A stretch of 63,939 nt of DNA, counting the filler, from Candidatus Woesearchaeota archaeon (GTDB lineage Archaea; Nanobdellota; Nanobdellia; Woesearchaeales; CG1-02-33-12), in assembly GCA_018399355.1 (NCBI GenBank). It is 8 parts of 8 records of this genome, joined end to end, with 100 filler letters (N's around TTAATTAATTAA, not from the genome) between each part and the next. Parts side by side here need not be neighbours in the genome. Positions count along the whole stretch, not along the records: positions 1 to 30,961 come from JAGYOA010000005.1; 7 more parts are not named here. One strand, written 5' to 3'. Below the pieces are notes generated by a model. That model was not told the origin of the DNA and searched no databases. It saw nothing but the letters and a program-made list of their open reading frames with translations. Both the position numbers and the translations under genes were made by a program. Shown piece by piece: positions 18,142-27,710 of this stretch (positions are counted from its first letter, which is position 1; each line of letters starts with the position of its first letter).

Positions 18142-20067
18142 ATGAAATATTCTGAATTAGTGGAGGTATATGAAGACCTTAACTCCACAACAAAGAGGCT
18201 TGAAAAGACTTACAAAATCTCAGAATTACTGAAAAAGACCCCAAAACATGATCTTTCAGAGATAATACTTCTCTTGCAGGGAAAGGTTTTTCCTGCATGG
18301 GATGAAAGGAAGATTGGAGTCGCCTCAAAAACAGTCCTTAAGGCAATAAGTGTTGCAACAGGCATTACAAACAAAGAAATAGAAAATGATTGGAGAAAAA
18401 CAGGAGATTTAGGAAAAACAGCAGAAAATCTTGTAAAACAAAAAAAACAGTCAACCCTTTTCTCAAGCGAATTAGAGGTAAAAAAGGTTTTTGAAAATCT
18501 TAGAAAACTTGCAACTCTGGAAGGGCTTGGTTCAGTTGACCAAAAAATCAGCCTAATATCAGAGCTTTTAACATCTGCAAAACCAATTGAAGCAAAGTAT
18601 ATTGTAAAGAATGTCCTTGATGAGCTAAGGTTAGGTGTTGGAGCCGGCTCTCTAAGGGATTCAATCACCTGGGCCTTTTTTCCAAAAGTAGTTGGAATAT
18701 TCTTTAAATGCGGAAAATGCAAAAAATACATGCCAAAAACAAAAAAATGCCTTGAGTGCGGAAATAAAATAGAACCTAACTTCAAAAATGAGATTGAGAA
18801 TTTTAATGAGAAAAATACTCTTGATGCAAACAGTATAGAGGATATTGAAAAAGCAGAACTAAAAAAATATGATTTTGTTTTTTCTGAAGATGAAAATACT
18901 GCAAGAAAGATTTACAATTATTTTATTAATTCTGTTCAGGAAGCATATGATGTATCAAATGATTTTGCTGTAGTTGCAGAAGCAGCAAAAGAAAACTTAA
19001 TGAAAGGACTGGAAAATATAAGCCTCAGTCCTGGAAGGCCTGTAAAAGTCATGTTGGCACTTAAGGTAAAAGATGTAAAAGAGGCCTTTGAAAGGGTTGG
19101 AAAACCAGCCGAAATTGAGTATAAATTAGACGGATTCAGGCTTCAGGTGCATAAAAAAAACAAAGAAGTAAGGCTGTTTACAAGGCGCCTTGAAGATGTA
19201 ACAAAACAGTTTCCTGAAGTAGTTGAATATGTTAATAAGTATGTTAATGGAGATTCTTTTATTCTTGACTCAGAGGCAGTCGGATTCAGCCCGAAAACAA
19301 AAAAATATCTTCCTTTCCAAAGCATCTCACAGCGCATAAAGAGAAAGTATGATATTGAAAGCATGGCAAAAAAGTTTCCAGTTGAGCTTAATGTCTTTGA
19401 TGTAATTTATTACAACAAAGAAAGTATGGTAAAGACTCCTTTTAACAAGAGAAGGGAACTAGCTGAAAAGATAATCAATCAAAGTGAGAGGAAGATTGTA
19501 TTTGTTAAAAACCTCGTGACATCAGATGAAAAAAAGGCAGTTAATTTTTACAATGAATCATTAAACCAAGGCAATGAAGGAGTGATGTTCAAAAAATTAG
19601 ACAGCCCATACAAACCCGGGGCAAGGGTTGGTCATATGGTAAAATATAAACCGGTTATGGACACACTTGACCTGGTTATTGTTGCTGCAGAATGGGGTGA
19701 GGGAAAGCGCTCAAACTGGCTCAGCTCATTTACGCTTGCATGCATTGATGAAGATAATAACCTTCTTGAAATTGGAAAAGTGGGCACTGGAATAAAGGAA
19801 AAAGCAGACCTTGGAGTATCATTTCAGCAGCTTACAGAAGAGCTAAGGCCAATAATAACAAGCCATTCCGGACGGGAAGTCAGGGTAAAGCCGCAGGTAG
19901 TTGTGGAAGTAAGCTATGAAGAAATTCAAAAAAGCTCAACTTACAGCTCAGGATATGCCCTGAGATTTCCAAGGGTCATAAAATTAAGACAGGAAAGATC
20001 TCCTGAAGAATGCAGCACCCTTAATATGGTTAATGAGTATTACAAGGGCCAAAGGCACAGAAATTAA
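18142..20067 (+). CDS. lig: ATP-dependent DNA ligase with zinc-ribbon insertion
   Basis: EYKLDGFR, EGVMFK, DLVIVAAEWGEGKR, ALRFPR. Confidence 0.95.
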   Translation: MKYSELVEVYEDLNSTTKRLEKTYKISELLKKTPKHDLSEIILLLQGKVFPAWDERKIGVASKTVLKAISVATGITNKEIENDWRKTGDLGKTAENLVKQKKQSTLFSSELEVKKVFENLRKLATLEGLGSVDQKISLISELLTSAKPIEAKYIVKNVLDELRLGVGAGSLRDSITWAFFPKVVGIFFKCGKCKKYMPKTKKCLECGNKIEPNFKNEIENFNEKNTLDANSIEDIEKAELKKYDFVFSEDENTARKIYNYFINSVQEAYDVSNDFAVVAEAAKENLMKGLENISLSPGRPVKVMLALKVKDVKEAFERVGKPAEIEYKLDGFRLQVHKKNKEVRLFTRRLEDVTKQFPEVVEYVNKYVNGDSFILDSEAVGFSPKTKKYLPFQSISQRIKRKYDIESMAKKFPVELNVFDVIYYNKESMVKTPFNKRRELAEKIINQSERKIVFVKNLVTSDEKKAVNFYNESLNQGNEGVMFKKLDSPYKPGARVGHMVKYKPVMDTLDLVIVAAEWGEGKRSNWLSSFTLACIDEDNNLLEIGKVGTGIKEKADLGVSFQQLTEELRPIITSHSGREVRVKPQVVVEVSYEEIQKSSTYSSGYALRFPRVIKLRQERSPEECSTLNMVNEYYKGQRHRN

Positions 20068-20170
20068 TGAAAAATTTTAAAAAATATCGTCGCTGTATTT
20101 CTAAAAAAGAAAGGTTAATAAACAAGTTTTTACATTAATCAAAAATTCAATCTAAAGAGGTGGGCACCTA

Positions 20171-20212
20171 ATGGCTAAGAAGAAAGCAAAGAAAGCACCA
20201 AAGAAGAAATAA
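20171..20212 (+). CDS. 13-aa lysine-rich peptide MAKKKAKKAPKKK
   Basis: ATG preceded by GAGGTG RBS and an upstream BRE/TATA-like AAAGGTTAATAAA. Confidence 0.6.
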   Translation: MAKKKAKKAPKKK

Positions 20213-20238
20213 GATTATCTAAGCAAAATTAATTCAGA

Positions 20239-21258
20239 TTATATTTCTTTTTTTATATTTTCAACAAACTTGCTAAAATCTTCTTTTTTTATGCAGGCTC
20301 CGCATGCGTGCTCATGTCCTCCTCCATATCCGTTAACATTCAATAAAGCTTTTTCAACTATTTTTGAAACAGAAATATTTTTTGATGCCCTAAGGCTGCA
20401 TTTCATCTCTCCATCTTTTTCCCTTGCAACAATAGTAAGTTTTTTTGGAAACCTGTAAAGAAGCTCATTTGACAAATCACCTGTAAAACTCATCTTATTT
20501 GAGTATGTAAAAAGAAGTATCTTGCTTTTGTTTTTTGATTTTATTGCATCATCTAAAAGTTTGTTGTAATTTTCCTCTATTTTTTTGTACCTTTTAATTA
20601 TGAATGCTGCCTGGGCTGTCTTCCCTTCGAGAAGCTCGTATGGGTCTTTTATCCTAGTCAATATTTTAACGCATTTCATAACCTCTGATGTTTTTCCCTT
20701 TAATATGAACGAGAAAATTCTTATAATCTCTCCAAGTTTTGTCTCATATAATGCCTTCTCCGGCTTTTTTATTTTATTAAGTAGTAAATCAGGATAATTC
20801 TCGGAAAATTCTTTTTTGAAATCAGGAAGATACCAGTCGCCAACTGAACCGCACATTGCTATCCACAAGTCCTGCTTTACAACACGGTAGCATATGCAGG
20901 ATGTCGGCTCTCCAAAGCCATTATCCCTTGAGTTAAAGTATTTTGTTCCTGTGTTTTCCTTTATTTCGTGATGGTCAACCCAAATGATCGGAACATCAAT
21001 TTTTTCAATGAAATCAGGATTTACCATAGGCTTGTCAAGTATAAAAATCTTATCAGGTTTATAGTCTTCAACTGTTTTCAGAAACATCGGCTTTAGTTCT
21101 GGGCTGCTCTTAACAACAACGCCTTTTCCTTCTTTTACATATCTGTAAAAAAGTAAAAATGAGCATAAACCGTCTGGATCATCATCAAAAAAGAACATCG
21201 GTCTCCTGCAGTTATCAAGTTCCTGCCTTATCTTTTCATAATCTTTCTCAGTAAGCAT
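20239..21258 (-). CDS. DHH/DHHA1 phosphoesterase (NrnA/RecJ-like)
   Basis: DDDPDG, ILDKP, VDHH, SLRA, GGGHEHACG. Confidence 0.88.
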   Translation of the reverse strand: MLTEKDYEKIRQELDNCRRPMFFFDDDPDGLCSFLLFYRYVKEGKGVVVKSSPELKPMFLKTVEDYKPDKIFILDKPMVNPDFIEKIDVPIIWVDHHEIKENTGTKYFNSRDNGFGEPTSCICYRVVKQDLWIAMCGSVGDWYLPDFKKEFSENYPDLLLNKIKKPEKALYETKLGEIIRIFSFILKGKTSEVMKCVKILTRIKDPYELLEGKTAQAAFIIKRYKKIEENYNKLLDDAIKSKNKSKILLFTYSNKMSFTGDLSNELLYRFPKKLTIVAREKDGEMKCSLRASKNISVSKIVEKALLNVNGYGGGHEHACGACIKKEDFSKFVENIKKEI

Positions 21259-21298
21259 AAAAAAAAGAAAATAGGTTTATTAATAAAATTTTCTAATT

Positions 21299-21793
21299 TT
21301 AGTCTTTAAAAGTAATAGTATTACTTGGCCTCTTAACTTTTACAATTTCAATTCTTGCTTCTTTAAGAAAGTTTCTTGCATCTTCATCTGCATAGTCATG
21401 ATAACTTACAACTTTTTTTATCCCTGCATTTACTATCATTTTTGCGCAGATCATGCAGGGTGTATGTGTACAGTATAAAGTTGAACCATATATGTTTGTT
21501 CCATGGACTCCTGCCTGTATTATTGCATTTTGCTCTGCATGAATTGCCCTGCATACTTCATGCCTTGTTCCTGACTCAATTCCAAGCTCATTCCTCAAAC
21601 AGCCTAGCTCTGTACAGTCTTTCATCCCTTTTGCAGCCCCGTTATATCCAGTGGTTAAAGCCCTCTTCTCTTTTACTATGACTGCTCCTACATGATGTCT
21701 TAAACAAGTACTTCTCTCAGCAACCAGGGATGCCATTTTCATGAAATACTCGTCCCATGTTGGCCTCTTATATTCAGTCTTTTCTGATTCCAT
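21299..21793 (-). CDS. dCMP deaminase (ComEB-like)
   Basis: RPTWDEYFM, RSTCLR, TGYNG, HAEQNA, PCMIC. Confidence 0.93.
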   Translation of the reverse strand: MESEKTEYKRPTWDEYFMKMASLVAERSTCLRHHVGAVIVKEKRALTTGYNGAAKGMKDCTELGCLRNELGIESGTRHEVCRAIHAEQNAIIQAGVHGTNIYGSTLYCTHTPCMICAKMIVNAGIKKVVSYHDYADEDARNFLKEARIEIVKVKRPSNTITFKD

Positions 21794-22352
21794 CTAAAAC
21801 ATCCTCCACTTTCTTATAAAGCTCTTCAATAGTGCTTTCATTTATTATTGTAAAATCTGCCATTGCTATTGGGCCACCCTTGTCTGAGTTTTCAATTTCT
21901 GCATAATCCCTAGATTTTGCCTGCTCATAAGTCATTGGCCTATTTTTTAAGTTTTTATCTTCCTTATCTATATTTCTATTGACTAACCTATCATATCTTA
22001 CATTTGGTGATGTGTAGACTGCAACTACAATCAGTTTATCCTGGAATTTTTCTTTTAATATTTTATATTCTGCCCAACTGTAAAGCCCATCAACAACAAC
22101 ATTCCCCTCTCTAATCAATTTTTCAATTTTAGGCAGGTTGAGTATTGCATAACCTCCCATACCATTTTCTTTTCTTATGTTTTCCCTTATTTTCCTTTCA
22201 TTTTCCTCAGTAGGCTCTAGATTTTTCTCTTTTATTATATCCATAGTAATCTGGCCAAACCTTAAATAATTAAAATTATTCTTCGCCAAGTAATCAGAAA
22301 CAATGCTTTTTCCTGAGCCAGTCATTCCAACCAAAGCTATTATTTTATTCAT
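21774..22352 (-). CDS. P-loop nucleotide kinase (UPF0200/dephospho-CoA kinase-like)
   Basis: GMTGSGKS, VVDGLYSWAE, IAMADFTIIN. Confidence 0.8.
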   Translation of the reverse strand: MNKIIALVGMTGSGKSIVSDYLAKNNFNYLRFGQITMDIIKEKNLEPTEENERKIRENIRKENGMGGYAILNLPKIEKLIREGNVVVDGLYSWAEYKILKEKFQDKLIVVAVYTSPNVRYDRLVNRNIDKEDKNLKNRPMTYEQAKSRDYAEIENSDKGGPIAMADFTIINESTIEELYKKVEDVLDGIRKD

Positions 22353-22362
22353 TTATTATCAC

Positions 22363-23073
22363 CTAAGCCCTTACCTCAACTTTATCAAAATAAGGCATTG
22401 CTGCTTTTTTCATTTCTTCAAGCTCTCCATCCTCAAAAGGCCTTATTCTCTCAAACTTCTCATCAACAAGCTTGCCCTCTCTTGGAATAAAATTCTGTAT
22501 ATAATATTTTTTTGGTTTTTCAGCTAATTTATTAATCCATTTACCTATTTTTTTGATTTTTTCAGAATCATGATACCCTCTTATCACTGTTGTCCTGAAT
22601 TCATAGTCTCTTCCTGAACCAGATATTATTTTTATGGTTTCCTCAATATTTGTTATATCCACTTCAACTCCCGCAAGAATGCCGTAGTCATCTTTATCTG
22701 ATTTTATATCCATTGCAATAAAGTCAACAACGTTGCTATCAATAAGTTGTTTAAGGTGCTCAGGGAAAGAGCCGTTGGTATCCACCTTCACCAAAAACCC
22801 CTTATTTTTTATTTTTTCAATAAGTTCTTTCAAATCAGGATTCATAAGGGGTTCACCTCCTGTGATACATACTCCTTCAAGATATTTTTTTCTTTTATCC
22901 AAAAAATTAAGAATGTCTTTTTCGCTGTAAATCCCTTTCTGCCCATTTGAAAAAACAAGCTCAGGATTATGACAAAAACCACATTTGAAATCACATCCGG
23001 AAAGAAAAATAGTACATGCTATCTTTCCTGGATAATCAATCAAAGTTAATTTTTGCAATCCTGATATTTTCAT
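22363..23073 (-). CDS. nrdG: anaerobic ribonucleotide reductase activating radical SAM enzyme
   Basis: IDYPG, GCDFKCGFCHNP, TGGEP, DTNGS, YEFRTT; operon context. Confidence 0.93.
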   Translation of the reverse strand: MKISGLQKLTLIDYPGKIACTIFLSGCDFKCGFCHNPELVFSNGQKGIYSEKDILNFLDKRKKYLEGVCITGGEPLMNPDLKELIEKIKNKGFLVKVDTNGSFPEHLKQLIDSNVVDFIAMDIKSDKDDYGILAGVEVDITNIEETIKIISGSGRDYEFRTTVIRGYHDSEKIKKIGKWINKLAEKPKKYYIQNFIPREGKLVDEKFERIRPFEDGELEEMKKAAMPYFDKVEVRA

Positions 23074-23082
23074 TTTATGATT

Positions 23083-23205
23083 TTAAACCTCTCCTACCTC
23101 AAAATTTTTTCTATCTTTGAATTCCTCTGATTTGCCTTCATTCCACTGCTCAACAGGCCTCAAGTAGCCAACAACTCTTGAATAAACTTCGCATTTTGTT
23201 TTCAT
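23083..23205 (-). CDS. stand-alone glycyl-radical segment of NrdD (40 aa, not in ORF track)
   Basis: MKTKCEVYSRVVGYLRPVEQWNEGKSEEFKDRKNFEVGEV; ATGA overlap with the nrdD stop; GGAGGT RBS. Confidence 0.9.
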   Translation of the reverse strand: MKTKCEVYSRVVGYLRPVEQWNEGKSEEFKDRKNFEVGEV

Positions 23206-25232
23206 TTTACAACCTCCTTTATTTTTTTAAATTCCTCATCAGATATCAACTCGCACTTTGGACAGTATTCGTGTTCCCCTGGAATATATCCGTGAATAGG
23301 GCATATTGAAAATGTTGGTGATATAGTAAAATAGGGCAGCCTAAAATTTTCAGCAATTGCCTTTACTAATTTTTTTACTCCTTCCTTCTCTAGTTTTTCC
23401 CCTATAAAAGAGTGAAACACTGTGCCTCCTGTATACTTCACTTGCAGTGGATCTTGCAGCTCCAAGGCATAAAACAAGTCATCTGTAAAATTCACAGGAA
23501 GTTGGCTGGAGTTAGTATAGTATGGCTTAGCCCCTTTTTTATAACTCTCCTCGTTTGCAACCCTAATTTTTCCAAACCTTTTTTTGTCTCCTCTTGCAAA
23601 TCTGTAAGTTGTTCCCTCAGCTGGTGTTGCCTCTAAGTTGTATATGCTTCCTGTTTCTTTTTGGTATTCCTGAATAATATCTCTCATGAAATCAAGAATT
23701 TTTAAGGCAAATTTTCTTCCTTTTTCTGTTGTGATATCTTCACCTGGAATAAAGTTGGTAATTGCCTCATTCATTCCTAATAAACCAATTGTGCAAAAAT
23801 GATTTTTCCAGTACTCTCCGAAGCCCTGGTAAACGCTTCTTAAATAAAACTTAGAGTAAGGATATAGTCCTTTTTTGGTAAAATTTTCCAATGCCTTTCT
23901 TTTTATTTCCAGACTTTCTTTTGCAAGGTCCATAAGCTCTTCAAGCTTTTCAAAAAATTCCTCTTCATTTACAGATGTAAAACCTAGCCTTGGAAGATTT
24001 ATTGTAACAACCCCTATGCTTCCTGTTAATGGATTTGAGCCAAACAATCCCCCTCCTCTTTTCCTTAATTCGGTCTGGTCAAGCCTTAATCTGCAGCACA
24101 TGCTTCTTGCGTCCTCTGGATTCATGTCTGAGTTTATAAAATTAGAAAAATAAGGTATCCCATATTTTGCAGTCATTTCCCATATGGGGTCATATTCAGG
24201 ATTGTCCCAGTCAAAATCCTTTGTTATATTATATGTTGGAATGGGAAATGTAAAGATTCTTCCTAAAGCATCGCCTTCACACATTATCTCAGCGAATGCC
24301 CTGTTTATCATTTTCATTTCATTCTGAAAATCACCATATGTTTCTTCTTGTGGTTTCCCACCTACAATAACTGGCTCATTTTTCATATAACTCGGAACAG
24401 TAAGGTCAAGGGTTATATTTGTAAATGGAGTCTGAAAACCAACTCTTGTTGGAACAGCCATGTTAAAGCAGAACTCCTGCATGCATTGCTTAACCTGCTT
24501 ATAATTGAGATTATCATATTTTATAAAAGGAGCAAGCAATGTATCAAAATTGGAGAATGCCTGAGCTCCTGCAGTCTCACCCTGTAATGTATAAAAGAAG
24601 TTGACAATCTGGCCAAGTGCTGTTTTCAAATGCTTTGCAGGCCCGCACTCGACCTTTCCAGGAACGCCCTTGAACCCTGTTAATAAAAGGTCTTTAAGGT
24701 CCCAGCCAACGCAATAAGCCCCTAATGTGCCAAGGTCATGGATGTGTATCTTTCCAGTAATGTGTGCTTTTCTTATGGCCTCAGGATAAATTCTGTTAAG
24801 CCAGTAATTCTTTATTATTTTTTCAACAATATAATTATTGAGTCCCTGTAATGAGAAGCCCATGTTTGAATTTTCTTTTACAGCCCAGTCACGCTCTCCA
24901 ACATAATCCTCAACAACCTCTATTGTGTCAAATATTGCCTTAACATCTCTTAATTCCTGATGGCTTTTTCTGTAAAGGATGTATGCCTTGGCTGTTTTCG
25001 CATGCCCTTCCTCAATAAGAATTTTTTCAACAATGTCCTGGATTTCCTCAACTTGAGGGATCTTTTTTTCAAATTTTTTATTTAGATAATCAACAATATT
25101 TTCAGTGAGTTCTTTTGCCTTGGTTTTGTCTTTTCCGCCAACTGACTTAGCAGCATTCCATATTGCATTTGCAATCTTTTCTTTTTTGAACTTAACAACT
25201 CTACCATCTCTTTTTCTTACTTTTGACACCAT
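23202..25232 (-). CDS. nrdD: class III ribonucleoside-triphosphate reductase, catalytic chain with ATP cone, lacking the glycyl loop
   Basis: KRDG ATP cone, IHIHDL, RSMCCRL finger loop, EATPAEG, YYTNS, CPIHG...CPKC. Confidence 0.95.
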   Translation of the reverse strand: MVSKVRKRDGRVVKFKKEKIANAIWNAAKSVGGKDKTKAKELTENIVDYLNKKFEKKIPQVEEIQDIVEKILIEEGHAKTAKAYILYRKSHQELRDVKAIFDTIEVVEDYVGERDWAVKENSNMGFSLQGLNNYIVEKIIKNYWLNRIYPEAIRKAHITGKIHIHDLGTLGAYCVGWDLKDLLLTGFKGVPGKVECGPAKHLKTALGQIVNFFYTLQGETAGAQAFSNFDTLLAPFIKYDNLNYKQVKQCMQEFCFNMAVPTRVGFQTPFTNITLDLTVPSYMKNEPVIVGGKPQEETYGDFQNEMKMINRAFAEIMCEGDALGRIFTFPIPTYNITKDFDWDNPEYDPIWEMTAKYGIPYFSNFINSDMNPEDARSMCCRLRLDQTELRKRGGGLFGSNPLTGSIGVVTINLPRLGFTSVNEEEFFEKLEELMDLAKESLEIKRKALENFTKKGLYPYSKFYLRSVYQGFGEYWKNHFCTIGLLGMNEAITNFIPGEDITTEKGRKFALKILDFMRDIIQEYQKETGSIYNLEATPAEGTTYRFARGDKKRFGKIRVANEESYKKGAKPYYTNSSQLPVNFTDDLFYALELQDPLQVKYTGGTVFHSFIGEKLEKEGVKKLVKAIAENFRLPYFTISPTFSICPIHGYIPGEHEYCPKCELISDEEFKKIKEVVK

Positions 25233-25238
25233 TTTCAA

Positions 25239-25712
25239 CTAATCCCTCTTATTTTTGTTTAACCTCTTCAAAGGAGTGTTTATATCCTTGAAAAGGTCGC
25301 TAAAATCTGTTATATCTTGAAAATCCTTGTAAACAGATGCAAATCTTACATATGCAACCTTATCAAGCCTTTTCAATTGGTTCATAGCTAATTTTCCTAT
25401 GACTGTGCTGTTGACTTCCTTTCCCTTCCTTCTTAAATTTTCCTCGATACAATTAACAATCTTCTCTATTTTTTCCCTGCTTATGGGCCTTTTTTCACAT
25501 GCTTTTACAATCCCATCCATAAGCTTTTTCCTGTCATAATCCTCTCTTCTGTTATCTTTTTTGACAACTATTATTTCTATTTCAGGCCTTTCATATGTTG
25601 TAAATCTTCTGTTGCATTTAAGGCACTCTCTTCTTCTTCTTATAGTGCCATCTTCAATATTGCGCTTGTTTGTTACCTTTGTGTCTGTGCTGCTGCAGTA
25701 TGGGCATTTCAT
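25239..25712 (-). CDS. nrdR: transcriptional repressor NrdR
   Basis: MKCPYC...IRRRRECLKC..RFTTYE, ATP cone, DKVAYVRFASVY. Confidence 0.96.
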   Translation of the reverse strand: MKCPYCSSTDTKVTNKRNIEDGTIRRRRECLKCNRRFTTYERPEIEIIVVKKDNRREDYDRKKLMDGIVKACEKRPISREKIEKIVNCIEENLRRKGKEVNSTVIGKLAMNQLKRLDKVAYVRFASVYKDFQDITDFSDLFKDINTPLKRLNKNKRD

Positions 25713-25795
25713 TTGCTTTTTACGGTTTTATTAAACCCTTGATTGGATTTTTAGGTTTTATTAGGCCTTTTCTGTTTTTTGTTATTTCACAGTAA

Positions 25796-25843
25796 ATACA
25801 ATATATTGCATATTAAGAGTTCAAAAGATACAATCTGTTGTAT
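25796..25843. promoter_or_regulatory. tandem NrdR-box-like palindromes
   Basis: ATACAATATATTGCAT (25796) and ATACAATCTGTTGTAT (25828), 32 bp apart, between a minus-strand TTTAAATA box (~25871-25878) and nrdR. Confidence 0.75.
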
Positions 25844-25941
25844 CCAAGGTTATCTTAAAATTATAACTCTTATTTAAAGATTTCTGTAATAAGAAATATA
25901 TAATTTGAAACTTTAAAACAAAAATAGATGTTTTTATATAA

Positions 25942-26496
25942 TTAAATTAATTTTTTAATATTGATCTTCGTTTCTTGTTGTTTTGTTTTTATTAAATCTG
26001 CCTTTGTTACAGGCCTTGTGGGAACAAATGGGCATTTTATATTTTTAGCTAAATTGTAAGTTTCTATTTCTTTGGCTATGCTTACTATTTCTTCCTTATC
26101 AAGGCAAAGCAAAGGCCTCAGCACTGGAATTTCAACTGCCTCTTCAAGGACTGCAAGATTATCCAAAGTCTGGGAAGCCACCTGACCAAGATTTTCTCCT
26201 GTTACAATAAATTTAGCATTTTCTTTTTCTGCTATTTTTTCAGCAATCCTGTACATCATCCTTTTGCATAATATGCATGTATATTTTGGATGAGTGTTGT
26301 TTTTTATCTGGCTTAAAATATTCTTATGATCAATATAATGGACTTTTTTTATTCCAATCTTTTTTGCTATTATTTCAATATCTTTATGATCGGTTGTAAA
26401 AAAATTAACACCAATCAGCTCTAGGACTTTCTCCTGCATTAAATAAGCTGCAACAGGGCTGTCTATGCCATAACTCAAAAGAATAACTGCTTTCAT
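25942..26496 (-). CDS. ThiI-like PP-loop domain protein (no THUMP domain)
   Basis: LLSYGIDSPVA, CILCKRMM, TGENLGQVASQT, RPL..DKEEI. Confidence 0.85.
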   Translation of the reverse strand: MKAVILLSYGIDSPVAAYLMQEKVLELIGVNFFTTDHKDIEIIAKKIGIKKVHYIDHKNILSQIKNNTHPKYTCILCKRMMYRIAEKIAEKENAKFIVTGENLGQVASQTLDNLAVLEEAVEIPVLRPLLCLDKEEIVSIAKEIETYNLAKNIKCPFVPTRPVTKADLIKTKQQETKINIKKLI

Positions 26497-26669
26497 GTAT
26501 AAAGGGGTTACAACAAGGTATAAAAAGCTTTTGAGGATTTATTCAATTTTTTAATTTATTGATAATACTGATTATTAAGGGTGCCACTTATCATAAATAG
26601 CTTATGCCTTTTAAATATTTATCTAAATCAATCAAAACCTTTAAAAGTTCCGGCCTTATCTTTAAAATT

Positions 26670-27710
26670 ATGGTGCTTTATATTTACTCAAATATTATTG
26701 GAAGCTTTGTATTTAATACTAACCTTAGAATAATAGACAGGGTTTTGTTTAATGAAAATAACATAGTTAAGAATGCAGAAAAGCTTGAAAATGATGAATG
26801 GCTTGATGAGGAAAAAGCTTTAATAGAAAAGCACGGCCACAAGATTATTTACTTGGGGGAAAAACAAAAAAATCTTGTAGAAACATCAAATGATTATAAT
26901 TTTCATGATATAAGTGAAAGAATCTCTGAGATTCCTGATTTTTACACACTTATGAGAAAGGCTGGAATTGTACTATCAAGAAATAAAATAAAAAAATCTG
27001 TGAAGCAGGATATACTTGTTATACAGGCAGTAAACAACCTTGATGAGATAGACAGGGTTGCAAATACCTTAATAAAAAGATTAAGGGAATGGTATGAGCT
27101 TTATCTTCCTGAATTCTCAAAAAAAGTGAGAGATAATGAAAAATTTGTCGAGCTGATATTAAAAAAGAAAAAAACTGAACTTCTCAAGGAAATCAATATT
27201 ATCAGCAAAGACAGTATGGGGGCAGAATTAAGTGAAGCTGATGTAAAGCCGATTATGGAGCTTGCAAAAAGAATACAATCATTGTATTCATTAAGAAAAA
27301 ACCAGTCAGATTATCTTGAATCTGTTATAAAAAAAACATACCCTAATTTTTATGAATTAACAGGACATCAGATAGGAGCTAAGCTGATTAGCTTTGCAGG
27401 AGGCTTTGAAAGGCTTGCAAAATTTCCTGCATCAACAGTCCAGCTTTTAGGAGCAGAACAGGCCATGTTCAGGCATTTAAAGACAGGAGCAAAATCTCCG
27501 AAATATGGTATATTGCATGAGCACAGCATGGTTATGCATGCAAAAAGCTCTGATAAGGGCAGAGTTGCAAGAGCTTTAGCTGATAAACTTTCAATAGCAT
27601 TAAAAGTTGATTTCTTTAAAGGAAAGTTTATTGGAGACAAGTTAAGAAAACAGCTTGAAAAAAGGTTTAAAAATGATAAAAGAACACAGGCAATTAAAAG
27701 GAATATATGA
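26670..27710 (+). CDS. nop5: C/D box sRNP protein Nop5 (Nop56/58)
   Basis: RLREWY..PE, PASTVQLLGAEQAMFRHL, PKYG; start moved to ATG at 26670. Confidence 0.93.
   Translation: MVLYIYSNIIGSFVFNTNLRIIDRVLFNENNIVKNAEKLENDEWLDEEKALIEKHGHKIIYLGEKQKNLVETSNDYNFHDISERISEIPDFYTLMRKAGIVLSRNKIKKSVKQDILVIQAVNNLDEIDRVANTLIKRLREWYELYLPEFSKKVRDNEKFVELILKKKKTELLKEINIISKDSMGAELSEADVKPIMELAKRIQSLYSLRKNQSDYLESVIKKTYPNFYELTGHQIGAKLISFAGGFERLAKFPASTVQLLGAEQAMFRHLKTGAKSPKYGILHEHSMVMHAKSSDKGRVARALADKLSIALKVDFFKGKFIGDKLRKQLEKRFKNDKRTQAIKRNI

Noticed and set aside
18682..18930. Intein in DNA ligase
   Set aside because: No C/S start, HN end or homing-endonuclease motifs
23202..23205. nrdD pseudogene by frameshift
   Set aside because: The downstream segment has its own strong RBS and start codon, and the operon is otherwise intact
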